Assembly: GCA_003614675.1 (NCBI GenBank)
Contig: ML002373.1
Coordinates: 1 to 36,694 of the forward strand
Source: Dimargaris cristalligena
Taxonomy: Eukaryota
Length of the DNA: 36,694 nucleotides
Direction of reading: 5' to 3'
Shown: positions 25,201 through 34,995 of the stretch, piece after piece
How the letters are laid out: the number at the start of each line of letters is the position of its first letter
Position numbering within the stretch: the first letter of the stretch is position 1
Notes under the pieces: model-generated
The model's database searches: none
Told to the model about the DNA's origin: nothing
What the model saw: only the letters and a program-made list of their open reading frames with translations
Made by a program: the position numbers and the translations under genes

Positions 25201-26632
25201 GCCTTTCGCTTGGAACATTTGCAACTTAAACGCCTGCGATTCTCCCCTGCTCCAGCCCAACCCTTCGTTGAGCTGAGTTCCTTCCAGGCCAAGCCCCAAC
25301 CGCCTTTGACGCTGGGCCTAACCTTTCTAATTGAGCTCTTCCATCCCAGCCACGACCTCGGCCCGCTCGTTATAAATTACCTCACTGATGCTGACCAACT
25401 CCGATTGGCAACGGCATGCAAGTCCATACGAGCATTGGTTGCTCCGCTCTACAAGCTGACTATCCCACGCAGAATGCTGCGCACCCACGAGCCCTCTTTA
25501 GTCGAGTTCGTTCAACGCTACCATCCCCGCGTGTGGAGAATTTCCCCCGGCTTTGAGGACCTCGACGACCATCGGGCGGAAGAAGTCCGACGGTTTCTGG
25601 GCCAGCTACGAAAGGTGAACTCCGTCTATTTGGACGCCAACTCCGTATTATACTGGGCATAGACCTTCGACTATCTGGAAGAACTGTCCCAACCACCCCG
25701 TAGGCTAGGCCTCTCAGTAGGCATGGGTCCTGGCTCTTCCGTTTCGAACGGGCAGACCACCCTTCCTGACCACCGGGTGGCTTCTATGAAACGTTAGTTT
25801 ACTTTCATCCGTGACCTCCAGCTCAGCTTTTATGCGGACCATGACCAATCCTCACTTCTCAGTCAGCTCCTCCCCCTATTTGCTGGTGCCAAACATTTGG
25901 TGGTGAACGGTGACACCTCACCCAGTAACCTGATTCCGGAGCTCGCCGAAAGCTTCGATCGACTAACCCATCTGACGCTGACTATACCCCCTTCGAAATT
26001 GCGCCTTTGTTCGATTCTCCTTGTATTGTGTTGCAAAACATCCGATGCCTGGATCTATACTGCTCCGACTGCCAACCTACTTTACGTGCGATTAGCACCA
26101 TATCGTCAACCCCCATTTGTATGAACTATCCCTATTTTTCGGCGGCGAGAGGAGTGCCCGGAATGAAGTCAAATGGTCCGATTCTAGACCGTTCTTTGAT
26201 TAGCCGTGGCCCATTTTAACCCGGCTTACTCTGAAACGGTGCGAAGTCGGCGGCGGTGGAGTCGAGGAGTACTTGGCCACGAATTTTTCTAATCTGCGCA
26301 TTCTATCGGCCTCTAACTTTTCGGGTTCGGCTGATTCATTGGCCTGTATCTTGATTCACTGTAGCCAATTGACCACTTTCCACGGTATCATAACTTCCCA
26401 GAATGCTCTTCAATCACTCCTTAGCTCGGAGCTCACCAATTCCGCCCTAAAATTGTTAATATTGGATGGGACTGAATGTAATTGGGATGAGCTATCCAAA
26501 CTTATGGCCAGGTTTCCAAATCTACGGCACCTGACCATTGCATTCGAAAATGGCGATTTGTATGGCCATGCTAACCAACAATATCCGAATGTCATTTTTG
26601 GCCAAAGCCCCCTCATGCCGTTTTATACATAG
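25201..26632 (+). pseudogene. Disrupted F-box / leucine-rich-repeat (RNI-like) gene
   Basis: F-box-like VINYLTDADQLRLATACKSIRALV followed by LxxLxL repeats (FDRLTHLTL, LQNIRCLDL, WPILTRLTL, FSNLRILSA, CSQLTTF, FPNLRHLTI). In-frame TAG at 25660, 25795, 26201 and frame changes near 26005 and 26100. A possible first exon 25050-25106 (intron 25107-25200) is uncertain. Confidence 0.7.
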
Positions 26633-26917
26633 ATTGTTTGCCCCCTTTTATCACCAATCTCAGGTGGCAGCTTCTAAGGTATTTACCAGTACATCGAGAG
26701 TTTTCCCTTCCCCAAAGTGGGAAAAGGAACGACAACCCCTCATTATCTTATAACTATCAAATATTACATGTCCTCGCGTATCACTTAGCATTGCCCAAAA
26801 TAATTTTTAGTTCTCCCGACATCAATCTAATGAAAATTTATGATTCTCTGAGGGTTAGATTACTCGTTAAAGTAAGCCTTCGGCCGGCTGCCTTTACATC
26901 CATCAACCCAAGGTTGC

Positions 26918-26942
26918 ATATATATATATATATATATATATA
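26918..26942. repeat. (AT)n microsatellite
   Basis: Direct read, about 12 units. Confidence 0.9.
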
Positions 26943-28423
26943 CTGACAACTTAGTAAAATCCCACCACTCAAATAGTCGGTGTTTCTGAAGGAGATTTTG
27001 TATTAGATTTATATTTATCAGAGCAAGACCTAAATACAATATAGACATGCCCTATGCTCACAGACAATGAACTCCTGCTTGTTTCCACATTAAAGTGTAA
27101 TGTCTAGCGCATAAAATTTCCATGACGTAAATGTGTGCCTGAATTGCCTGGTTTCTAGTGAATGAATGGGGGAATGCCCTATCATCCCGTATCGTACTTT
27201 GAAACAAAACTGGTCCAAAAGGAGGCACCCCTAGAGTACAGAAATGAACGAGTTTATATCGTGATTCAGTAAAATTGGGCCGACTTTCGCTGTCAATCGC
27301 CGCACTTTCAAAAACAAAATGAATACAAAACCTCCTCTATGGGCTAATTCGGTCACACTGTCTCTAATAATTACCCAAAGAGCTTTCGGTTGAAAAACCG
27401 CGGATCAGCTCTAACGTAGTCACGAACGTATTCATTAAATAAAAATTACACAATAGCATGACTCCTTATAGATACAATCTTCCGTAGAAACCATTGGGTG
27501 CCACAGTTCAGGGGAGTGGGGGGGGGTTCTCAATAACTGGTGAGAATCTTGTAAGTGTCGGCAAGAGCGGAGAATGGAAGTGCGCGTATACCCCCGCCAC
27601 GATTAATATGTCCCAAAAGAGCATTCGAGTAGACGCATTTATTGCCTTTAACAGTGTTGAAACATAACCGGAGCTGATATCGTGCAGGTAACTCCACTAA
27701 CCACTGAGCCGGAGGAAATCAATAACAGTTGGGTTGGGTGTAGTAGAGCAAAACTGTAATAAAAATATTAAAAGGAAGCGGAATGGAAGAACCGCCGGAA
27801 TGATGCAACAAAATACCAGTATCCATCCTAATATTTACAACCACCATGCATCAAAAATGACTGCAACTGTGGAACCAAGAGCACCTTCCTCCGGTGGACC
27901 ATAAATACCACGCCCCCCCCCTTCCTGCTACAGGCCCCCCTGTTATTACTAAATGAATTTACGGTCATACACCCGCTACGGTAGCGGTCGGGCACACAGC
28001 GGCTGAATTAGAGAGAACTCCCACCTGGTTCACCATCGCCACCGAAACAGTCCATATTCACCGAGTACGGGTTCAGCAGGAGCAGTCCATGGGGTTCGTC
28101 CTGATTCACTCGGTGGTTTACCGGGCTCAATGACCTGCAATACGGATATGCAAAGCGATGCGTCCACCAGTTCACTCCGACATGGCTAAATCAATGAGCG
28201 AACATATTGAGCCCTTCGTCTAGCCCAAAGGTGAAGGAAATCGAGTTAGGGTAGCGCCTTGGTATAGCCAACGAGGGCCACTCAGTGAGGGCGCTGCGGG
28301 ATCGGTATCGCAACCCACTTAGACTTTATCAGATTCTCTCCAGTTGTTCGTAGCTGCCGGCACTTCCGTTTCGCCCGCTTCAGGGAGCGCCCTATTTGTA
28401 TACACATGTGCCTGGGTATACAG

Positions 28424-28424
<1 letters not shown>

Positions 28425-28455
<31 letters not shown>
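28425..28455. repeat. (TA)n microsatellite about 135 bp upstream of the 7TM gene start
   Basis: Direct read, about 15 units. Confidence 0.9.
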
Positions 28456-28457
<2 letters not shown>

Positions 28458-28590
28458 CAAATGCTAGCCCCTGAAATTCTTCCACCATATCTATTGCTGT
28501 TTAGTTTTTTGCCCTTTTGAACTTTTTATTATCGATTAGCTTAACTTTGCAGTCCTTGTATTATTATCATTTTTTAATCGTATTATTATT

Positions 28591-29661
28591 ATGGCTCCAC
28601 CTACTACCTGGAACTCCGATACCGTCGTCCAGGTTGACCACCAGTGGTTTACCAACCTTAACCTGGCCATGCTCGCCTACGCGGCCAGTCTAGTAGTACA
28701 CTTTAGTAATTTTTTGGTGAGCAGCGCCCTCTTTTGGAAGCACCGTCATAGCGCCCTCTTTGCCTTCCTTTGGGTCCACGCCCTACTGGCCATAAGTTGT
28801 CATTTTTCGCGAATGTCGGACTATTTCTTTAGCACGAACTGCCAGTTTAAAGGGTACTACAATTACTCCATGTACCTTATCGCAACGTCGCTCGCCTTGG
28901 TAATATGGACCGTCCGGGCCGTACAGGCTCTACCTGCACCGGCCCCAGTACCATCCATGGCGTCCCGTCAAATGCTGCCCCGGCCGCTTACCGGTTCGCA
29001 CCGCATGGTTCTAGCCGTTGGCTCAGTATTAGCGTGCGGAAAAGTAGCCGGATTTTTGGCCATGTTCCATTCGTACTTCGAGGCCGCCGTAGGGCAGTTT
29101 AGCTCGTGTGATGTCGCACCCACTCCCACGGGCATTAATCTCATATTCATCCCCGAACTGGCCATCTACGTGACTATGTTACTATTATGGTCCGGGATCA
29201 TTTACTACCGGCTACGCATTGCTCACCCTCAACCATGGTCTCTCTCCGATGCGTTGTACCACGATGGCGCTCGCTATAACTTAACCATAGGTATTCTGTC
29301 GACTACTTTGGCCGCTCTTATTCTCGCCACGTTTCAAACCGGCATCTATGTGGAGGTGCCAGTGCAAATTAAGTATGCCGTTGATTCACTGTTTACGGTG
29401 AAGCAAATGGTTGATCACCATCGGGATATTACCTACCAGGGAGTCAGTTGCGAAGATCTTCCCTCACGGATAGGAGGCGGTCCCGACCGATTCGATTATA
29501 ACGACACCAGTACCAGCGGGTTAACCCTAGTCGCCTCCTCCAACCATCCGCTGTCGACGACAGCCAGTACGATGGATCCAAAACTATCGTTCGGGGAGGG
29601 CATGCGATTTCCCGAGCATATACGACTCAGTCTGTTAACTCCCACGACCACTTTAGTATAA
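28591..29661 (+). CDS. Intronless seven-transmembrane, GPCR-like membrane protein, 356 aa
   Basis: Seven hydrophobic segments by eye; Cys at the top of TM3 (STNCQF) and in ECL2 (FSSCDV), Arg at the end of TM3 (WTVRA), Ser/Thr-rich C-tail. Family is not recognised. Confidence 0.75.
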   Translation: MAPPTTWNSDTVVQVDHQWFTNLNLAMLAYAASLVVHFSNFLVSSALFWKHRHSALFAFLWVHALLAISCHFSRMSDYFFSTNCQFKGYYNYSMYLIATSLALVIWTVRAVQALPAPAPVPSMASRQMLPRPLTGSHRMVLAVGSVLACGKVAGFLAMFHSYFEAAVGQFSSCDVAPTPTGINLIFIPELAIYVTMLLLWSGIIYYRLRIAHPQPWSLSDALYHDGARYNLTIGILSTTLAALILATFQTGIYVEVPVQIKYAVDSLFTVKQMVDHHRDITYQGVSCEDLPSRIGGGPDRFDYNDTSTSGLTLVASSNHPLSTTASTMDPKLSFGEGMRFPEHIRLSLLTPTTTLV

Positions 29662-30678
29662 AGTAAAACGTGAGCGAATCGTAAAGGGGAGACAAAAGGG
29701 AGGGGGGTTTGGCTTTACCCAGCTGCCTTCAGCAGTGTAGATAGATTCAGTCAGTATTAATTGAGTCCGAGTGCGGTAAATAGATAAACCGCATCCCTCA
29801 TGGCATGGCCGTTAAGGGCATCCAATAAAGTAGATTTCCCCCTCGTCGTCCATTAGTATAGACCAGCGGGCCGTTAGTGTGGAGAGAATGCAGGTCATCA
29901 GTGACTACGTTCCAGTTGCGCCCAATGTAGTAGCACGTGTCCATTGGCCACGTCATAACCGCGGGCAGGGATTTCTTCTAACCTAAGGTAAATTCATCGA
30001 TTATGCGAAGGTGGATGATGGGGCTACCAGCGTGGTATGCTTAACTTCCCAAAGCAACCTTGAATTGCCCTGCGTGGAAAGTCAAGGGGGTATTACGTGA
30101 ACGGGATGGCGAACACGCTTGATAGAGTCTATGGGAGAAAATGCCTGTGTGACAAACGACCAACATCCACGACTCACATGGTGGGTAAAAGGCGAATTCG
30201 CAGATATGCCTTATAGGGTAACGTATGAATACCTGCGCTTCTACAGCCAGCTCTGAAGATGCCGTAATTAAGACTGCCGTTATTATATTCAAGCCATGCA
30301 GTTTATTGCAAATATGAAGGGAAACAATCCAGTGGAATGTCTGCTCTAAAGGAAAAAGCACGGCTTAGAATATGGAAAAGGGACAATTGCGGATGTGATG
30401 GATATTTACTACGGTAAAAAACGGGGAGGAGGTGTGCATTATAGAGCCAGTCTGGCTATTGTGATAGTTTTGGGCCCATTGTGATGGCCAGAATGTAATA
30501 TAGTTAGAGATGGCTATGGCTAATATGTTATATGACGAAGTGATGGTTAAAAATACAGTTACAATGGAGTGTGTCATGCGTGGGATTGGAGTGGACGATG
30601 AAGATTGGCAATCTCTATTCAAGAGCAAAGTATCATTCGTAAATAGAAACGGTTTAGGACAGGTATACTGATTATAAA

Positions 30679-32370
30679 CTAATGCTGAATAGTGGGCCGC
30701 TGGGGGTCCTCGGCGGGAATCGGAGGACAGGATATCGGCGTTGTGAATAAAACGACGGCACCGAGTCCCGGTTCGCCCACCAGGTGCGCACCGCGGGCTA
30801 GTGAGTGGGGTAAAGAAGTTACACCGGTACTGGTCGGGTGAGGTGTAGGGAAAGACCACTGCGTAAACGATGGGCGAACAGGTTCGTTGGTATTACTATT
30901 TCGACTACGAAAGAGCCGAAGCCAGACAAACCACCGAAGTCCCCCGGCTCGGGGAATCCAAGCGGCCTGGGTTTGGGGGTGGTGGGTAGAAGAGGGTCGG
31001 GGATGGGGGGACCAGGTCGAACCCCGTTTCTCTCCATCCAGGCTAGACGTCCCTATTAACGTATAAGCGGCCGAAAACCACGAAGCTCGCCGCAAATCGG
31101 AGCGGGAGGTGTCCTCTTTGAACTCGGCTGATGGTGGTGGGGGGCCCGCCAAGAATGGGTTACTCGGCGCCGGTATTGCCACGTGGTACGGGTCGGAAGA
31201 AATGGGCGGAAAATCGCCCAGTGCCACGTCGTCATAGTGGTGGCTACTCAGCTGTTCCTGCCGGATGTCCCAGTACCGGTAGAGGGTAGGATTCATTAAA
31301 AATAGAATGGCACTCACCAGTCCCTGGAGAGCGGGGCCGATGGTCGTGATGACCTTGACGCTGCAGGAGGTGTTGAACCACGGGTATTCCATCACCAATA
31401 GGGCAACGGGTACGGCCTGACATAGCACACAGACCCAAAGATGGGCGACGTGGATACCAATGGCATTGCACAGGACTTTTTCTGAAGTGTGAACGACCCC
31501 GCAGGTATACGCCGGTTTAGTCGAAGGCGGTACAATAGGATACCAGCACGAGACAGGCACGGGCCTTGTGCGGCGGATATACGCCTGGCGCACCAAACTC
31601 ACCCCAACTACGACAGCCACTATCGTAATGACGCCGTAGGCGATGAAAACGGGAATACTCATGATATATTCCAGGGCTTGGACCGGTATATAAGGATGGG
31701 CCGCTGACATGACTAAACTAGCGTTGACGTCGGACCAATACACGTTAGTGACGAAAAAATACGGCAAGCTGGCCATAAGGGCGAGGCTGAAACTGGTCAC
31801 GATATAGAAGCGACTATATCGCTGGTTTAGGTGGGGGTGTGGGCACAGCCATAGCACACATAACTTGAAGGCCGTGGTACAACCCAGAACCAGGAACCAT
31901 AGGTACGACAGTTTAAACACCAGGAAAAAGAACCGACTGGCCCAGGGGGAGGAGTGGTCGGCCCGGGGAAGGTGGGGGGCGGTGATTTGGCACACCAAAT
32001 GGAGCAGAATGGCGGCACTCAGCCAGGCGTTGATGCGCAGCGACAGGAACGAAGGGGAGAGCTGCCGACAACGGCGGTTGCGGTGGCGAAGATAACCCTT
32101 GGTGATGATCACCCCCAAACACAGAATCACGGCGGTAATGCGGGTGGTTTCAACGAGGGTGACTACGCCCGCGGAGATTCCCCCGGGCCGGGGGTGGGTT
32201 GATGGTGATACTGATGTATCGGCTATGGAATGTAATAGCCCGGGGGACAGTGGGGATAGTAGCGAGGATGATGGATAACAAGCACTGGCAAAGGGTAAGA
32301 CGTGGAGAGAGGGGTGGGGATCGCGGCCGTACGTAAGCAATTCAGTAGCATTGAATGGAGTGAGTACCAT
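30679..32370 (-). CDS. Intronless 7TM GPCR-like protein (cAMP-receptor/Git3-like fold); start uncertain (ATG at 32370, 32406 or 32601)
   Basis: 640-codon ORF with seven hydrophobic segments; TM2 SLRINAWLS, TM4 RFYIVTSFSLAL...LP, TM7 ALQGLVSAILFLMNP resembling cAMP-receptor-like QG...F..P; long S/P/R-rich C-tail; N-glycosylation sequon NAT just after M(32370). Confidence 0.78.
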   Translation of the reverse strand: MVLTPFNATELLTYGRDPHPSLHVLPFASACYPSSSLLSPLSPGLLHSIADTSVSPSTHPRPGGISAGVVTLVETTRITAVILCLGVIITKGYLRHRNRRCRQLSPSFLSLRINAWLSAAILLHLVCQITAPHLPRADHSSPWASRFFFLVFKLSYLWFLVLGCTTAFKLCVLWLCPHPHLNQRYSRFYIVTSFSLALMASLPYFFVTNVYWSDVNASLVMSAAHPYIPVQALEYIMSIPVFIAYGVITIVAVVVGVSLVRQAYIRRTRPVPVSCWYPIVPPSTKPAYTCGVVHTSEKVLCNAIGIHVAHLWVCVLCQAVPVALLVMEYPWFNTSCSVKVITTIGPALQGLVSAILFLMNPTLYRYWDIRQEQLSSHHYDDVALGDFPPISSDPYHVAIPAPSNPFLAGPPPPSAEFKEDTSRSDLRRASWFSAAYTLIGTSSLDGEKRGSTWSPHPRPSSTHHPQTQAAWIPRAGGLRWFVWLRLFRSRNSNTNEPVRPSFTQWSFPTPHPTSTGVTSLPHSLARGAHLVGEPGLGAVVLFTTPISCPPIPAEDPQRPTIQH

Positions 32371-34995
32371 TGTGGGAATGAGGTCAGGCCTGGGGGTGTG
32401 GTGCATAACCCCTGGCAGGCGATGTATTTCCCGAAACGGTAAATTTAGGTCGAATAATAAAACTAAATGAGATCCGGGTATTAACGATGTATTAGAGATC
32501 TGATATGGGTGGAATTCAGTGCAGCTGTATAAGGTTTTGAATGATGCACGTATGGGGAAATATGTAGGAGAATCGTTTTTAACCAGTGATTTTTGCCTCA
32601 TCCAATGGATTTATCGTTATGCAGCCTGGTTGAACTTATCCCATATGAATATGGAGGGCACGGCAGGCAATGTAAAGGCGTTATATCGGGGAGCCCCTGG
32701 GATACGGGGTGGGGAAATTGAGTACTATAGTATACAATAGTAGTGAATGTTAGAAGATTAGAGTGGCCCGAAGTCCTCTATGGCGAATAGCTGTTCGAGA
32801 TTATTGGTGATCGGGGGCCAACAAAACCAAGCCCACAAATCTGAAAGCGAGTATAGGACGCAGCTATTAGCACTAAGAAGTGGTGTGATAGGGTAGCTGG
32901 GATTGAAGAAAAATGTATACCTGATGTCTAGTAGCTGGATGACCCAATAGGGCAAGTGTACAATGATGAATCTAGAGTGGCAAATGAGGCCAGTCCCCAA
33001 TGGGCAATCGGAGGATTATATATATAGAAGAGTATTACAGAGAGATGGGCCCCTAAAATTGGTAACTGCATGAAACAGGTGGAAGAGTATAGCCAATGAA
33101 TAGATGTTTACAAGAAGCCGGTGTATTGGAGCGACTACAAGTAACCGAGGCCGAGTGGTTGGTTTTTATATCCTAATTTGGGCCGGGGTCAATTATATAA
33201 TCCAAATAAACTATAGTCGGTGAGGCGATGCGAAATGGGGGGAGTGAGGGTACAGGTCCATAGAAAAGGGGCACTAGATCACCGTGCTAGTGGCCCGACC
33301 TTGCTGATAAATCCCGCCCTCGGCCAGGAAACAGGGAGGTGGAGGGGAGGCGAAGAAAGGAGGAGGAGGGGTGGGAGGGAAAGATCCCTACTCCCACAAT
33401 AAACAGGTACTAAATTGCGACTACTTGCATGCGACGCTGATGTGGGCTTTTGCTTTACAATGGATGGCGCGCCTCCTTTCCCAGTGGGGAGTACTGTATC
33501 GTAGATTCAACACCGGCAAGTGAACCGCGTAAGTATCCTTGACTAAAGAAGCATTGTTCAACCAATGAGTGTGATGCATAATTCAATAAATATATTAAGA
33601 GCGGTCCCAAACATGGGTGGGAAACACTGCGATAAGTGGAATGGTGGAAGACAGTGAAACGTTGGCCTTAAGTAGCCCATAAGTATTATAGTCCTAAAAA
33701 ACAGGATGGACTATCTCCAGAATTGCCGCCATAGAATTTACTGTGATAGTTTAGTGCCCATCCATGGCCACGGGATCTTGTCGGCTATTTGTTCAATCAC
33801 TTAGCTCCATAATGAATCTCAGTAGCCTCTTCCATGTGACCGGGTAGCAATCTATTTGGAATTTTGAAGTCGGAGGCGTATAAAAAATCGCTACATATAT
33901 AAAGACTGGCCTTCGGTCGAGAGGATCACGTGCCGATTCAGGTGTTCGGAGGTGGTTTTTCCGCCCCGCCCCCTTCACATTATTTCACTCGTTCAAGCAT
34001 TATATGATTGAACACTATAACGGAAGCCCCCAAGCTACTGAATACTAAAAAAAGGCGCGTTCTAGAAAAGGAGTGGATAGTGACCGACATTCATAATGAG
34101 TATATTTGGAACCAGATGTTCCATCTTGCCTCAAACTACTGATTCAAGATGTTTGGTCTGCTCAGGAGGAAGGGATGTGGCTGTGTTTCTTTTCCGGGAA
34201 CAGTCGAAATCACTCGTTCTATTTTCCAGGGGGTCACTGCAATGTGATTAATGAAAGACTCGGAGGAATGAGCCTTCAGTTTCGGACGTGCAAGAGCGTA
34301 TAGTAATTAACAACCATGGGGAGGAGTGGAAGAAGTAAATGGGATGCATGAGGAGAAATAAAAATGGCGATAAAAATAAAATAAAAAGTTTCCCCGGTTT
34401 ATCACCCCAGGCGGACAAAGTAAATAAGTAATGGGGAAGGAACGGTAACCAAATGCCTAATTTTTGATTTACACTCTATTCGTTAAGTATAATGGATGGC
34501 CCAGTAGTTCTACCTATTAACAGCCAATTCTGTACGGCCTTTTGAGTCACCGCCATCACCCCCCCCCCGCCCCTCCTCCCCCCTGTTAACCCTATTATTA
34601 GGGTCTACTTCATGTGCTACGTAACCCAGCAGGGGTTTGGTTCCACTGCTATTGTGTGCAATGCAGGGAAATAGTCAACTTTTGGCGACACGAACGCGCC
34701 AGATTCAATTTTTAACCAACTCTGATTTCAAAATGATTGGTAGGGTTTTTTTATATCTTTTTAGGACGTAGTGGATTGCGCGTACACTACTCAAATACCA
34801 AAATTAGTATATCAAATACTGTTCGTCTCCACTATTCTCTTCATTACGATTATACCGTAAGGATATCTGCGTAACAGCAACATATACGACTCTCTGCATA
34901 AATACGTGCAGTATGCGGGTGTCACGTGGTCGAGCGTTCCTTAATGGGGTGGTAACCACTGACTACCATAAAGCAAGGGTTTTTAATGATGAACG

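Noticed and set aside
25660..26203. TAG stop-codon reassignment or readthrough to explain the in-frame TAGs in the F-box gene
   Set aside because: The same gene also has frameshifts, TAG ends the EamA gene at a plausible position, and no intact gene here has an internal TAG.
28059..28115. Imperfect hairpin CACCGAGT...ACTCGGTG considered as a SECIS element or ncRNA
   Set aside because: No AUGA/GA quartet, no UGA-containing upstream ORF, and the stem is short enough to be chance.
33036..33054. TACAGAGAGATGGGCCCCT resembling the U6 snRNA ACAGAGA region
   Set aside because: Flanking U6 sequence (AGC triad, downstream stem, U-tail) is absent.
34106..34303. ORF fragment PDVPSCLKLLIQDVWSAQ resembling kinase subdomain XI
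   Set aside because: Lacks the CW and RP residues and no other kinase subdomains are nearby; too short to support.
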